Positions 1 through 11,357 are shown, numbered from the stretch's first letter. The stretch: 64,000 nt of DNA from Anaerolineae bacterium (GCA_034437735.1 DAOTTS010000056.1:2751-66750); one strand, 5' to 3'. Translations and numbers: made by a program. The notes: generated by a model not told the origin, from the sequence alone.

Positions 1-431
1 TTGCCATCCCGGATAAGATCATCGAACGCGCGCAGCGTCTCGTCCTGAGGCACGGTCAATGAGGGGCGGTGAAGCTGGTAGAGGTCGATGTGATCGGTCT
101 GCAGCCGGCGCAGCGAATCCTCACACGCCTTGATAATATGGTAGCGGGTGTTCCCCTGCTCGTTCGGCCCATCGCCCATCCGTCCGTGCACCTTGGTTGC
201 CAGTACCACCTCGTCCCGGCGGCCGTTCTCCTTGAGCGCCTTGCCCACGACCCGCTCTGACTCACCACGGTTGTAGACGTTGGCGGTGTCGATGAAGTTG
301 ATGCCGCCATCGAGCGCCCGGTTGATGATCTCGATGGAATCGTCCTCATTCGTCGGCCCGCCGAAATTCATCGCACCCAAACACAGTGGCGTCACCTGCA
401 CGCCCGTTCGTCCTAAGGATCGATACTCCAT
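1..431 (-). CDS. Aldo/keto reductase, partial; the C-terminus runs off the left edge of the window
   Basis: Reverse-strand translation from the ATG (complement of 429-431) reads MEYRSLGRTGVQVTPLCLGAMNFGG...IDTANVYN...GESERVVGKAL, the typical AKR N-terminus. The 6-frame track omits it because the ORF has no stop inside the window. Confidence 0.8.
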   Translation of the reverse strand, partial: MEYRSLGRTGVQVTPLCLGAMNFGGPTNEDDSIEIINRALDGGINFIDTANVYNRGESERVVGKALKENGRRDEVVLATKVHGRMGDGPNEQGNTRYHIIKACEDSLRRLQTDHIDLYQLHRPSLTVPQDETLRAFDDLIRDG

Positions 432-662
432 TATAACCCTCCTCGTTTATCGTAGACTTGGAACCTTTTATATTCTACTGTCCCTTTATACTGAACCGTC
501 TCGCGACTCTTACCCATATAATAGTGCAGGTACGGGGAAAAACAAGATAATGACGACAGATATCGTCACATATTATCGGAGACGAGAACACGATGAAAAC
601 CAAACGCCCGCCGGATCTTCAATCCCGGCGGGCGTCCTACCCCAACAGATGGCGTGATCGTA

Positions 663-1169
663 TCACTCGATCATCATATACCCTTTTTTCAACGCACCGC
701 AGACCGGGCATTTCTCGGGTGGTTCGTCCCCCACGTGCGTGTGACCGCAAGCGCTGCAGACCCAGATGTTCTTCCCTTCCAGCCCGTCCTCTCCGGTCTC
801 AAGATCCTTGAGGGCCTGCGTGTAGAGCTGCTCGTGGATCTTCTCCACCTCCCAGGCCCAGCCGAAGGAACGCATCGCCCCGCGATGCTCCTCGTCCTTG
901 GCGTCTGTCAGGAAATCCGGATACATCGTCTCGACCTCGTAATGCTCGCCGCCGATCGCAGCTTTCAGGTTCTCCTCCGTCGATTTGACCATGCCCATCG
1001 TGCGGAAATGATTCAGCGCGTGCACCGTCTCCGCCGCAGCAACCGCGCGGAATAGCTTGGCGACACCTGCGTGGCCTTCCCGCTCTGCCTTCTTGGCCCA
1101 CGCCGTGTACTTCCGATTTGCCTGCGACTCACCCGCGAACGCTGCCTGGAGATCCTCATTCGTCTTCAC
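663..1169 (-). CDS. rbr: Rubrerythrin: ferritin-like diiron domain plus C-terminal rubredoxin-like CxxC...CxxC
   Basis: 168 aa. It has ExxH diiron motifs and C-terminal CSACGH...CPVCG, as in the established family. Confidence 0.85.
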   Translation of the reverse strand: MKTNEDLQAAFAGESQANRKYTAWAKKAEREGHAGVAKLFRAVAAAETVHALNHFRTMGMVKSTEENLKAAIGGEHYEVETMYPDFLTDAKDEEHRGAMRSFGWAWEVEKIHEQLYTQALKDLETGEDGLEGKNIWVCSACGHTHVGDEPPEKCPVCGALKKGYMMIE

Positions 1170-1264
1170 GTTAACCCTCCTAATGATGAAATGTGAACGG
1201 TATTGCCAACCTAGAGACCCTAATGGGGGCTATCATAAGGTCACTTGGGCAATTGTCAAACGAA

Positions 1265-3676
1265 CTACCGAGACCGGCCTGTCGTCGTTAGAAGCTCAAC
1301 GACCAAGGAGGTCAGATAAACCGTATCCCCCTCCATTCGCTGCCCCTGGAGATAGACGGGTAACCGCTCGCCCGTGAACAGATCGTACATGCCCACAAAC
1401 AAACCGGCTTCGCCCTCGGAGACCTCGGCACCCACCCGAACCCTATGGATATCCAACAGAGTCTCCCCGGGAACCCAGAGCGGCGTAGGATCCTCCCCAC
1501 AGTTTGGAAGGCTGTCACCATGGCCGACCTGCTGAACCTGGTCGCGAATCAGATGCACGAAGACGACGTAGTTCGACGCGATCAATTGATCGGACTGCCA
1601 GTAAAGGGTCAAGGGAAACGTCGTTCCGGGGGTAATGGAGGGATCCTCAATCCGGTAACCCAACAGGCGGATGCCGTGATCAAACCGGACGTCCGTCGGT
1701 GTATAGTCCTGAGGCACAAATCCGGATGCCCACCGGCCCCATCCCGTCTTCTCATCAAAGCTCGCTTCATAACGTGCAGCCTTGAAGACCTCCGGCGGCT
1801 CCGACGTCGTCCCTCTTTGGTAGATACGCAGCTTGGCTTGTCCCTCAACCGTGACGATCCCCCTGAGTCCGTAGTCATCCCGAACCATCTCCGTATCGAC
1901 CTCAACCGCATCGAGCCGGCTCGCCGGATGGGGGTCTGCTAAAATGTAGGTGTCGGGAAACGTGCATCCCGTCCGGGGCGCATAGCCCGTGTACCAATTC
2001 GTCACGCGCTCAATTTGATTGCTCTTGTAGACCCCATCAAGCATCCCGCGGTCAAAGAGTTCACCGATGGCCTTCCACCCAAACCGGCGCGGGAAACCAA
2101 AATAGACGTTGACCGGAATGCCGTCAACGAGCGTCGGGTAGATCGCCGGCCGCGTCTCGGGATACTCACCGATAAAATCGTGCCCGGTATACACGAAGGC
2201 AAGTAAGGGATATCCCAACGTCAGGAGAAAGAAACAAGCCGCCAGGGCAGAAAACGCCCGTTTGGGAGCTATGCCGCGATCGGCGACGCGACGGTACAGA
2301 CCAGCAAGGTCAGCAGCGCTCAACAAAATCCAGCCGGGATAGAGGTTATACACGTGGGTGCGAGGATCCCCCACCGCAAAGAGATAGAAGCCCAGCGGCA
2401 CGCCGAACCAAACCCACAGCGTCCGGGAGAGCCCCGACGCACCGGGAGCCAAAACCGAGGCACCCAGCAGTACGCTGAAAGGCAGAAACCCCCAGTTGAG
2501 GCCACCCCACACCCAGGACTCAGGCCAGATCCACGTCGTTACCGATGCAATGAGGCCTAACCCGATCAGCAAGCGGAGCCCCCACGCCCCATAGTGCCGC
2601 CACAGGCGCCAACCCGCCAACAGGGTCAGCCCCGTCAGGCCGAGGAGGTAGTAAATAGCATTGTAGAAACCATCCACCCGGACGAAGTTCGACAAATTGT
2701 TGTGGAGGAGACCGCTACCAACGCGAGCTCCCAACAAGTAGGAAAACGCCATCGAGGCCCCCGAACTCAGGAGAAAGGGGCCGTAGAAGGGTAGCGTCAT
2801 CAGCAGCACGCCACTCCCCCACGTGATCGCGGCACGCCAAGGAGAGACGCCACGACCATGCTGCCGATGCAAACTCCACCACCGATAGGCCAATGCCGGA
2901 AGAGCCATCACCGCGTCATAGTGCGCGAGCAAAGCGGTGCCCATAAAGAGACCTGATAAGAAAAGGGATCGCTTGTCATTCCACTCCAGGCACAGGAACG
3001 CCAACAGCATCATCAGAATCACGAGATTCTGGTACTGGGCAATGCGGCTGTAGGCCACGAAATAACCGTTCACCGCAGCAAAAGAGGCAGCGAAAATCGC
3101 CGCTGTCCTACCGTGCCAGCGATCTGACAGAAGCGCAAACGCCGCGACAGCCAGAAGACCCGCCAGCACGAAGGGAGAACGCAGCACCATTTCGTTCATC
3201 GAACCTCGTAGCAGCCAGGATACCATAGGGATCAACACCTCAACCGGCCCCTTTTTGTGCCAGAAGAGCATATCATCCCGGCCGCCGAGGGCCTGCGACG
3301 ACTGGAGGAGAATGAGCGCCTCATCGCCCTCGACCTCGCTATAGGACACGTTGAGCACCCGAAGCAGCAGAGCCACACCCAAGATCAAGAGCAAGGCGGG
3401 AGATCCCAGATGCAAGCGAGGGGTAACCCGCACGTTGTCACGCCGGCGCCAAAGGATCACCGCCGGCACGGCAGCATTCAGCACGGCCAAAGCGAATGCG
3501 GACCAGCGCGGTATGGGACCGGGCACGTAGTGAATCAACAGAAGACCGAAGATATCCACGACGTAGGCCAAGCCCATACCCATAACGATTGAGGCGCCTA
3601 CCTGCCTCGAGCGAGAGCTGTAAGCCAATCCCCAAAGCGCGCCGGGTACGATCACCATCAGCAGCAACGCCATCAT
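1265..3676 (-). CDS. Large polytopic membrane protein with a C-terminal soluble domain; GT-C-fold glycosyltransferase-like (PMT/ArnT, GT39/GT83-like)
   Basis: 803 aa. The N-terminal two-thirds has many hydrophobic helices and the last roughly 300 aa are soluble. The architecture resembles the second such protein at 58747-60747. The family call is from architecture only. Confidence 0.45.
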   Translation of the reverse strand: MMALLLMVIVPGALWGLAYSSRSRQVGASIVMGMGLAYVVDIFGLLLIHYVPGPIPRWSAFALAVLNAAVPAVILWRRRDNVRVTPRLHLGSPALLLILGVALLLRVLNVSYSEVEGDEALILLQSSQALGGRDDMLFWHKKGPVEVLIPMVSWLLRGSMNEMVLRSPFVLAGLLAVAAFALLSDRWHGRTAAIFAASFAAVNGYFVAYSRIAQYQNLVILMMLLAFLCLEWNDKRSLFLSGLFMGTALLAHYDAVMALPALAYRWWSLHRQHGRGVSPWRAAITWGSGVLLMTLPFYGPFLLSSGASMAFSYLLGARVGSGLLHNNLSNFVRVDGFYNAIYYLLGLTGLTLLAGWRLWRHYGAWGLRLLIGLGLIASVTTWIWPESWVWGGLNWGFLPFSVLLGASVLAPGASGLSRTLWVWFGVPLGFYLFAVGDPRTHVYNLYPGWILLSAADLAGLYRRVADRGIAPKRAFSALAACFFLLTLGYPLLAFVYTGHDFIGEYPETRPAIYPTLVDGIPVNVYFGFPRRFGWKAIGELFDRGMLDGVYKSNQIERVTNWYTGYAPRTGCTFPDTYILADPHPASRLDAVEVDTEMVRDDYGLRGIVTVEGQAKLRIYQRGTTSEPPEVFKAARYEASFDEKTGWGRWASGFVPQDYTPTDVRFDHGIRLLGYRIEDPSITPGTTFPLTLYWQSDQLIASNYVVFVHLIRDQVQQVGHGDSLPNCGEDPTPLWVPGETLLDIHRVRVGAEVSEGEAGLFVGMYDLFTGERLPVYLQGQRMEGDTVYLTSLVVELLTTTGRSR

Positions 3677-3718
3677 CGACGATCAATCCCCTTCAACATC
3701 CAATCCTTCCTATTGCGC

Positions 3719-4546
3719 TCAAGCACGAAAAACCCACCAAACGTCCGAGCCCCTAAACCCACAGCGCCGGTAGAGACGTTCGGGGCGCGTCGTGTTATCA
3801 ACCCGGCCGGCGACCATCGTGAAAGCCGCGCGACCCGCCAGTCGGGCCAAGAGTTCCCGAACCAGCACGGTGCCTAATCCCCGGCCTCGATAGCGGGGCA
3901 GTACCTGAATCCACTCCAGCGAGCTCTCCCGAATGGCAGGATCGAACTCTGCAATTCCCAAAGCCGCCGGTCGATCCCTCCGGGTGTCCATCATCCACAC
4001 CCAAAGCGTAGGATCATAGACAGGATGGGTCGTCCACCCACGGACCTCAGCGATAGACGGTGAAATCGAAGGATAACATGCATCGATCAAAGCCGCCACC
4101 TCGGCAGCTTCGTGCTTGATCCTGACGTCAACGACGCGGAATCCATCAGGCATCGCGGGGGGTGCCGCGGCACCTCGATGGACCAGCCGGAAGTAAGCTG
4201 TCCGGTTTGGGAGATGATCCCTGGGCACAAGGGACGTGAAGTCTTGATGGAGAAGTGCGCATTTGAGGTCTGCCACATCCACCGGTGGGCTCCTTAAGTC
4301 ATCCCGATCCCGTCGCCACAAGACGTGAAGGGTGTCCGACGATCGCATAAGCAGGCTGGTGACGCGCAGCCCTTCAAACTGCCCATAGGTCTCGCAGTCT
4401 CCTCTTATGGAACCGAGGGTCTTCCAAAGCGCATTAGGCAGCGTCTGGGAAGGCGCCTGCAGGTAAACCGCCTGCAAGGCCTCCCGGAAGCGCGATGAGG
4501 CAATGATGGTCATTGACAAAGCTCTCCCAATGGATCGACAATGCAA
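3719..4546 (-). CDS. GNAT family N-acetyltransferase
   Basis: The C-terminal QVLPRYRGRGLGTVLVRELL...RLYRRCGF matches the GNAT acetyl-CoA binding motifs (R/Q-x-x-G-x-G/A). It sits 43 bp upstream of the membrane protein gene on the same strand. Confidence 0.6.
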   Translation of the reverse strand: MHCRSIGRALSMTIIASSRFREALQAVYLQAPSQTLPNALWKTLGSIRGDCETYGQFEGLRVTSLLMRSSDTLHVLWRRDRDDLRSPPVDVADLKCALLHQDFTSLVPRDHLPNRTAYFRLVHRGAAAPPAMPDGFRVVDVRIKHEAAEVAALIDACYPSISPSIAEVRGWTTHPVYDPTLWVWMMDTRRDRPAALGIAEFDPAIRESSLEWIQVLPRYRGRGLGTVLVRELLARLAGRAAFTMVAGRVDNTTRPERLYRRCGFRGSDVWWVFRA

Positions 4547-4925
4547 CCTCTATAGCACAAACATTATAGCACAGCCATTATAGCATCAGAGGATACAGTC
4601 GAAAGTCATGCCTCGACCGAATCGACGCGATATCATCCGAACGTCTCCCTGCAAAAAAATAAGCCTATGATACAATGTAAGCGAACAGACCGGTAAGAAT
4701 CATAAAGACGAATATACGAGGCGTAATTGTACAAGGCTGATTAATTGTACGAGGCGTAATCTCCCCCATCAGCCTCCAAGTGTGCGTTGCGTCTTTTCAA
4801 CTCGCACCTCACCCAGTGACATCAGATCCGGTGAGGCCGGGTATCGGTCGGCACATACACAAGTGCACAGGCAGAATGATGGCGTTCATCCAGATCCACA
4901 CACCCAAGATGAGGCAAGAGACCCT

Positions 4926-5957
4926 ATGTTACTAGCAGGCGATATCGGCGGTACCAAGACAAAACTCGCGATCTATTCACAGGACGAAGGGCCGAGAACC
5001 CCCTTGGCAGAACAGACCTTCCCCAGCCAAGACTACGATCATCTAGAATCAATCGTTCAGCATTTTTTGGAACAGGTGGGGATGCGCATCAAGGACGCAT
5101 GCTTCGGCGTGGCGGGTCCGGTGATCGAAAACCGCGTGGACGTGACCAATCTCCCGTGGGTTATCGACGCGCAGAGACTGAAAGCGGAACTCGACGTGGC
5201 GTCGGTCACCCTGCTCAACGACCTGGCCGCCATTGCGAACGGCGTGCCCTTCCTGCGGCGGGATGAGCTTCATACCCTCCATCAGGGCGCGTGCGATCGA
5301 TGGGGCGCGGTCGCCGTTCTGGCACCTGGGACCGGCTTGGGGGAGGCCTTTATCACCTGGGATGGACAGCGATACCAGCCTCAGGATTCCGAAGGCGGTC
5401 ACACCGATTTTGCTCCCACGACTCCTCGTCAGATCCGGCTGCTGAGCTTCCTCATGCAGGATATGGACCACGTCAGCTACGAGACCGTCTGCTCAGGTCG
5501 CGGTATCCCCAATATCTATCGTTTTCTCAAAGCGGAGGGAATTGCCGACGAGCCGGCCTGGATGAAAGAGAGACTGGATAAGGCAGAGGATCCCACTCCG
5601 GTCATCGCCAACGCAGCCCAAGAGGGCAAGTGCGAACTCTGCACGCTCACCATGAACCTTTTCATCTCCATTCTCGGCGCGGAGGCCGGAAATCTAGCGC
5701 TCAAGGTGATGGCAACCGGTGGGGTTTACCTGGGTGGGGGTATCCCGCCGCGTATTCTCCCATTTCTAAAAGACGACCACTTCTTGGAGGCTTTTTTCAA
5801 CAAAGGGCGCATGGCCCACGTCGTGAAACGCGTCCCCGTTCACGTCATCCTCAACCCGGACATCGCGATCTTTGGGGCGGCATGTAATGGACTGGGGCTT
5901 GAAGGCACCCTTCAATCGGAGTCAATCAATCCGAGTTGCCCGGTCCCCGTATCGTGA
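4926..5957 (+). CDS. glk: Glucokinase (Glk family)
   Basis: The internal Met gives the canonical N-terminus MLLAGDIGGTKTKLAIY. The 48-aa upstream extension of the listed ORF (4782) lies in an AT-rich leader and is unlikely to be coding. Confidence 0.85.
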   Translation: MLLAGDIGGTKTKLAIYSQDEGPRTPLAEQTFPSQDYDHLESIVQHFLEQVGMRIKDACFGVAGPVIENRVDVTNLPWVIDAQRLKAELDVASVTLLNDLAAIANGVPFLRRDELHTLHQGACDRWGAVAVLAPGTGLGEAFITWDGQRYQPQDSEGGHTDFAPTTPRQIRLLSFLMQDMDHVSYETVCSGRGIPNIYRFLKAEGIADEPAWMKERLDKAEDPTPVIANAAQEGKCELCTLTMNLFISILGAEAGNLALKVMATGGVYLGGGIPPRILPFLKDDHFLEAFFNKGRMAHVVKRVPVHVILNPDIAIFGAACNGLGLEGTLQSESINPSCPVPVS

Positions 5958-6008
5958 GCTCGTCCGTTCCTGAATCGCTCGTTGACACTACAGAACAAGG
6001 AGGAGGAT

Positions 6009-8693
6009 GTGGCACGCACAGCTGAACACCGGCGTCTGGCGATCTATCGCGAGCGCAGAGGGAATCCCAAACATTGGGGGCCCTATCTCAGCGAGCGAGC
6101 GTGGGGCACCGTGCGTGAGGATTACAGCGAGGACGGTGAGGCATGGACCTATTTCCCCCACGATCATGCCCGCAGTCGGGCGTACCGCTGGAACGAGGAC
6201 GGTCTGGCAGGCATCAGCGATCGACATCAGAATCTCTGCTTTGCTCCGGCGCTTTGGAATGAGCACGATCCCATCTTGAAAGAACGCCTCTTTGGACTGA
6301 CCGGACATCAAGGGAACCACGGGGAGGACGTCAAAGAGATCTATTTCTATCTCGACAGCACCCCCACCCACAGCTATATGAAGATGCTCTACCGGTATCC
6401 CCAGACGGCCTTCCCGTATACCGAATTGATCGAGGAGAATGCCCGGCGGGGTTACCTGGATCCCGAATACGAGTTGCTGGATACCGGCGTCTTCGATGAA
6501 GACCGCTACTTCGACGTCGTCATCGAGTACGCAAAAGCCGAGCAAAATGACATCTTGATCCAGATTACCGTGACCAACCGGGGACCTGAGACCGCCCCCT
6601 GCACCGTTCTCCCCACGCTCTGGTTCCGCAATACCTGGTCCTGGGGATATCCGAACGGCCCTCTGGGCGAGGTACCCGGCAAACCTCGGATGACGTGGGT
6701 AGCACCCCAGACAAACAGTGCAGGGCATCCCGAAATCCTCATCGAGGATCATCCTCAGATCGGCCAATACCATCTCTATGCGCTTGATCCCGAGGGTGCG
6801 CTCTTCACCGAGAACGAGACCAATAACGAGTGTTTGTTCAACACACCCAATGCCAGCCCCTACGTCAAGGATGCTTTCCATCGCGCGATTATCCACGGCG
6901 AGAAAGACGCGGTCAATCCTGAAAAGAAGGGGACCAAGGGAGCCTTCGTCTATAGCTGCACACTTGATTCAGGAAGTTCGACGACATTCCGCCTACGGCT
7001 CTCGGCTAAAGGCCACGTCGCCCCCTTTGAGAGTTTCGATAGCGTTATGCCTATGCGAAAGAAAGAGGCTGACGCCTTCTATGAAACTGTGCATGGACCC
7101 GATCTCAGTGATGAGGAGCGCCGGATCCAGCGGCAGGCTCTGGCAGGGATGCTGTGGACCAAACAGATCTATTACCTCGACGTTCCTCAATGGCTCAACG
7201 GCGATCCTGCGATGCCGCCACCGCCTGAGGCCCGCAAGCACGGACGCAATCACGAGTGGCGGCACATCAACAACTTCGACCTGCTCTCTATGCCTGATAA
7301 ATGGGAATACCCGTGGTATGCGGCCTGGGACCTGGCCTTCCACTGCATTCCCTTGGCGATGGTCGACCCTGAATTCGCCAAACGCCAGCTCGAACTGATC
7401 ACCCGCGAGTGGTATATGCATCCCAACGGACAGCTTCCGGCCTACGAGTGGTCTTTTGGCGACGTTAATCCACCGGTCCACGCATGGGCCGCCCTGGAGG
7501 TCTTCCAGGTCTGTGCCCAGCAGCAGGGAAAACGCGACCGAGCCTTCCTGGAGGGCATCTTTCACAAGCTGCTCCTCAACTTCACGTGGTGGGTGAACCG
7601 CAAGGACCCGGAGGGTCGCAACGTCTTCCAGGGCGGGTTCCTGGGACTGGACAATATCAGCCTCTTCGACCGCAGTCAATCGCTTCCCACCGGCGGGCAC
7701 ATCGATCAGTCCGATGCCACCGCCTGGATGGCCTTCTACTGCGTGGAGATGATGCGGATCGCGCTCGAATTGGCCAGGGACAACCCTGTCTACCAGGATA
7801 TCGCCACCAAGTTCTTCGAACACTTCCTTCGAATTGGAACCGCCATGAGCGACTTTCACGGACAGGGATATGCGCTGTGGGACCCAGAGGACCAGTTTTA
7901 TTACGATGTGCTTCACCTGCCCGATGGCTCCGTTCGCCGGCTCAAGGTCAGATCGCTGGTCGGCTTGCTGCCCCTCATCGCGTCCGAAACGCTCGATGCA
8001 GGCCTGCTGAAACAGATGCCGGACTTCGACCTGCGGATGCATTGGTTCCTCGAAAATCGTCCCGAGCTTTCGAGCAACATAACCCGCGCCCATATCCCCT
8101 ACCTGGGCGAGACCTATCTGGCAGCGCTTCTCACCAAGGATCGACTGGTCGCGGTGCTGCGATATATGCTGGACGAGAACGAGTTCCTCTCCCCGTACGG
8201 CATTCGTTCCCTATCCAAATACCATCAGACACATCCGGTCAGTATGAGCGCGAACGGTCATACGTTCACGATCAACTACGAGCCTGCCGAATCGGAGACC
8301 GGACTGTTCGGCGGCAATTCCAACTGGCGAGGTCCCGTCTGGTTTCCCATCAACTACCTGATCATCGAGGCACTCCTGCGGCTCTATGACTATTACGGCA
8401 ACGACCTCAAGGTGGAATGCCCCACCGGGTCCGGCCATTGGGTCACCCTCAAGGGCGTGGCGGCTGAGTTGACGGAGAGACTCAAAGCCCTGTTCTTGCG
8501 GGACGCGTCCGGTCGCCGGCCGATCTACGGCGGGTCGGATCGATTTCAGAACGATCCCTTGTGGCGGGATAAGATTCTCTTCTTCGAATACTTTCACGGT
8601 GACAACGGCGCCGGCCTGGGCGCCAGCCACCAGACCGGCTGGACGGGGTTGATCGCTGAGCTTATCCAAGAGTCCGGTAACCGTACCTTGTAA
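6009..8693 (+). CDS. GH63-family glycoside hydrolase (mannosylglycerate/glucosylglycerate hydrolase MGH-like)
   Basis: About 895 aa, with ...[18 protein letters not shown]... and (alpha/alpha)6-type conserved blocks. The preferred start is GTG 6009, preceded by AAGGAGGAGGA. The alternative TTG 5982 has no SD. Confidence 0.7.
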   Translation: MARTAEHRRLAIYRERRGNPKHWGPYLSERAWGTVREDYSEDGEAWTYFPHDHARSRAYRWNEDGLAGISDRHQNLCFAPALWNEHDPILKERLFGLTGHQGNHGEDVKEIYFYLDSTPTHSYMKMLYRYPQTAFPYTELIEENARRGYLDPEYELLDTGVFDEDRYFDVVIEYAKAEQNDILIQITVTNRGPETAPCTVLPTLWFRNTWSWGYPNGPLGEVPGKPRMTWVAPQTNSAGHPEILIEDHPQIGQYHLYALDPEGALFTENETNNECLFNTPNASPYVKDAFHRAIIHGEKDAVNPEKKGTKGAFVYSCTLDSGSSTTFRLRLSAKGHVAPFESFDSVMPMRKKEADAFYETVHGPDLSDEERRIQRQALAGMLWTKQIYYLDVPQWLNGDPAMPPPPEARKHGRNHEWRHINNFDLLSMPDKWEYPWYAAWDLAFHCIPLAMVDPEFAKRQLELITREWYMHPNGQLPAYEWSFGDVNPPVHAWAALEVFQVCAQQQGKRDRAFLEGIFHKLLLNFTWWVNRKDPEGRNVFQGGFLGLDNISLFDRSQSLPTGGHIDQSDATAWMAFYCVEMMRIALELARDNPVYQDIATKFFEHFLRIGTAMSDFHGQGYALWDPEDQFYYDVLHLPDGSVRRLKVRSLVGLLPLIASETLDAGLLKQMPDFDLRMHWFLENRPELSSNITRAHIPYLGETYLAALLTKDRLVAVLRYMLDENEFLSPYGIRSLSKYHQTHPVSMSANGHTFTINYEPAESETGLFGGNSNWRGPVWFPINYLIIEALLRLYDYYGNDLKVECPTGSGHWVTLKGVAAELTERLKALFLRDASGRRPIYGGSDRFQNDPLWRDKILFFEYFHGDNGAGLGASHQTGWTGLIAELIQESGNRTL

Positions 8694-8892
8694 GAAGGCG
8701 GAACAAAACCAGACGGACTATTTTTAAAGACACACATTGATTTAATCAGTGAATACGCTAACCTACGGACGGTAACTTCCGTCAATCTGTTACTCATCGG
8801 GTAGAGACGAGCTTCACCCACTCGATGCGAACCGAGTCGCTGAATAATCTTTCTGTGGTGATAGAAAGCTGAAGAAAACAAAAGGAGACTCC

Positions 8893-9996
8893 ATGACCAA
8901 ACTACACGACCTTGCCGGGATCGGCCAAGCCATCTGGCTGGATTACATCCGCCGCTCGCTCATTGTCGACGGCGGCCTACAGGATCTGATCGATCAAGGT
9001 GTCCGGGGCGTGACGTCCAACCCTGCGATTTTCGAAAAGGCCATTGCGCAGAGCGATGACTACAACGACGCCCTGCGCGCGCTCAAAGGAGAGGACCTCA
9101 GCGCCGAGGAGATCTACGAGGCCTTGGCCCTGGAGGACATTCGCATGGCGGCGGACACGCTACGCCCGGTCTACGATGCGACCGATGGCACCGACGGCTT
9201 CGTCAGCCTTGAGGTAAGCCCGGACCTGGCGTATAAGACGAAGGAGACCATTGCCGAGGCCCGGCGTCTTTTCAAAACGCTGGATCGCCCTAACGTGCTG
9301 ATCAAAGTGCCCGCCACCCCGGAGGGCATCCCCGCCATCGAGACGCTGATCGGAGAGGGCATCAACGTCAACGTCACCCTTATGTTCTCCCTGCAGCAAT
9401 ACCACGACGTCGCGGAAGCCTATCTCGGCGGGCTGGAGACGCTTGCCAGTAACGGCGGTGATCTGAAGCACACGGCCTCGGTCGCCTCCTTCTTCGTCAG
9501 CCGGGTTGACGTGATGATCGACGAGATGTTGAACGAGATGGACGATCCTCGGGCCGAATCGATCCAAGGCACCCTCGGCATCGCCAATGCCAAGATGGCC
9601 TACCAGCGCTTCCGAGCTACCTTCCGGGGCGACCGGTGGGAAGCCCTTCTCGATCAGGGCGCCCGCTACCAGCGGGTCTTGTGGGCTAGCACCAGCACCA
9701 AGAACCCGGCCTACTCCGACACCCTCTACCCGGACAACCTCATCGGCCCGTTCACGGTCAACACCCTGCCGCCCAGCACGTTAGAGGCCTTCCTCGATCA
9801 CGGCACCGTCGCCGCAACGCTGGAGTCCGGTCTGGATCGAGCTAAAGAACAGTTGCTGATCCTCGACAGATTGGGCATTGACCTCGGACAGGTCACCGAC
9901 GACCTGCTCGACGAGGGCATCGAGAAATTCGTCCGGCCCTTCCAATCCCTGATGGAGAGCATCGACACCAAGATGGCGGAGATCAACAAAGAGTAG
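8893..9996 (+). CDS. tal: Transaldolase
   Basis: 367 aa with GVTSNPAIF and NVNVTLMFS motifs. RBS AAAAGGAGACTCC. Confidence 0.9.
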   Translation: MTKLHDLAGIGQAIWLDYIRRSLIVDGGLQDLIDQGVRGVTSNPAIFEKAIAQSDDYNDALRALKGEDLSAEEIYEALALEDIRMAADTLRPVYDATDGTDGFVSLEVSPDLAYKTKETIAEARRLFKTLDRPNVLIKVPATPEGIPAIETLIGEGINVNVTLMFSLQQYHDVAEAYLGGLETLASNGGDLKHTASVASFFVSRVDVMIDEMLNEMDDPRAESIQGTLGIANAKMAYQRFRATFRGDRWEALLDQGARYQRVLWASTSTKNPAYSDTLYPDNLIGPFTVNTLPPSTLEAFLDHGTVAATLESGLDRAKEQLLILDRLGIDLGQVTDDLLDEGIEKFVRPFQSLMESIDTKMAEINKE

Positions 9997-10135
9997 AAGA
10001 CCGTCCGACCGCACAGCGTCAAGGGCTCACAGACTTGGAAGCAGTAACCTTTTCTCCAAAGCCTTTGAGCCTTTCTCGCACGTCACATCTAAGGCTCCGA
10101 GCGGATCTGCGATACGCGGCTTTTTACACAAGCCC

Positions 10136-10152
10136 GGAGATCGCAGATCTCC
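10136..10152. repeat. REP-like palindrome GGAGATC-GCA-GATCTCC (family B), orphan copy in the tal-dgoD intergenic region
   Basis: Perfect 7-bp inverted repeat. The same core recurs at 34135, 46644 and 47444. Confidence 0.6.
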
Positions 10153-10253
10153 TTGGAGCCTTGATACGAGCAAATGCCGCTTTGACATCCGCGAAATCGC
10201 GCCTATCCTGTCCTTACACATACTAACCTATCCCCAGGAGGGAAAGACGAACG

Positions 10254-11357
10254 ATGAAAATCACGAAGCTAGAGACGTTTCTGGTCAAACCCCGTTGGCT
10301 CTTCCTCAAGATTCACACGGACGAAGGACTTGTGGGCCTCGGCGAGCCGATCCTCGAAGGGCGCGCGCTGACGTGCGCCCAAGCGGTCGACGAGTTGGCT
10401 CCCTATCTCGTCGGCAAGGACCCCACCCGGGTCGTCCACCACTGGCAGGCGATGTACCGCCATGCCTTCTACCGGGGCGGCCCGCTGCTGACCAGCGCCC
10501 TGAGCGGCGTCGAGCAGGCACTCTGGGACTTAACGGGCAAGGCGATGGGCGTTCCGGTCTACAAGCTCCTTGGCGGCCCAACCCGCGACCGCATCCGGAT
10601 CTACAAAGGCGGCGCCCGGCCCGAGAACATCAAGGACTACGTCGATCAGGGCTTCAACGCCTTCAAGACCGGCGTCGCCAAGGAACGCCCCGCCCGCATC
10701 ATTGAGAGCAAAGCCTTCGTCGACCGGGCCGTGGAGCACTTCGCCGCCCTGCGCGAGGCCGGCGGCCCCGAGGTCGACATCGCCATCGATTTCCACGGCG
10801 CGATCAGTCCTCAGACGGCAAAACTCCTCGTCCACGCGCTGGCGCCCTATCAACCGCTCTTTATCGAGGAGCCGGTCCAGTGCCAGAACGTCGACGTCCT
10901 GGCCGATATCGCCCACAGCACCCACATCCCCATCGCCACCGGGGAGCGGCTCTTCACCAAGTGGGGGTTCCGCGAGGTCCTGGAGAAGCGCGCGGCGTCC
11001 ATCCTGCAGCCCGACCTCTGCCACGCCGGCGGCATCTTCGAGACGCGCCTCATTGCCGGGATGGCCGAGACCTACTACGCCGGGATCGCACCGCACTGCC
11101 CGCTGGGGCCCATCGCCCTGGCTGCGTGCATCCAGCTTGACGCGTCGATTCCCAACTTCCTCGCGCAGGAGCACACCACCCTCGGTGAGGGTTACCTCAA
11201 AGAGCCGTTCACCTTCAACGACGGCTACGTCGAGTTACCCACCAAGCCGGGTCTCGGCATCGAGCTCGATGAGGACGCGATGGCAGACAAGATCGACCAC
11301 GACTGGCGCAACCGCGAGGCCTACGACGCCTTCGACGGCTCCGTCGTCGATTGGTAG
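10254..11357 (+). CDS. dgoD: Enolase-superfamily dehydratase, D-galactonate dehydratase-like
   Basis: N-terminal MKITKLETFLVKPRWLFLKIHTDEGLVGLGEP matches the DgoD N-terminus; MR/MLE-family metal-ligand blocks are present. Confidence 0.75.
   Translation: MKITKLETFLVKPRWLFLKIHTDEGLVGLGEPILEGRALTCAQAVDELAPYLVGKDPTRVVHHWQAMYRHAFYRGGPLLTSALSGVEQALWDLTGKAMGVPVYKLLGGPTRDRIRIYKGGARPENIKDYVDQGFNAFKTGVAKERPARIIESKAFVDRAVEHFAALREAGGPEVDIAIDFHGAISPQTAKLLVHALAPYQPLFIEEPVQCQNVDVLADIAHSTHIPIATGERLFTKWGFREVLEKRAASILQPDLCHAGGIFETRLIAGMAETYYAGIAPHCPLGPIALAACIQLDASIPNFLAQEHTTLGEGYLKEPFTFNDGYVELPTKPGLGIELDEDAMADKIDHDWRNREAYDAFDGSVVDW

Noticed and set aside
4782-4925. The 48-codon N-terminal extension of the glucokinase ORF.
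   Set aside because: It lies in an AT-rich leader with direct repeats. Glucokinases start at the MLLAGDIGGTKT motif (ATG 4926).
5988-8093. Long antisense ORFs opposite the GH63 gene (5988-6896 and 6993-8093, minus strand).
   Set aside because: They are shadow ORFs of high-GC coding DNA on the opposite strand, with no RBS, Arg/Pro/Gly-rich composition and no recognisable domains. They are also fully overlapped by better-supported genes. The same applies to 17168-17962 (-), 19224-20258 (+), 25599-26465 (+), 26615-27616 (+), 42050-42985 (-), 43358-44380 (-), 48549-49907 (+), 56355-58685 (+) and 58807-60486 (+).
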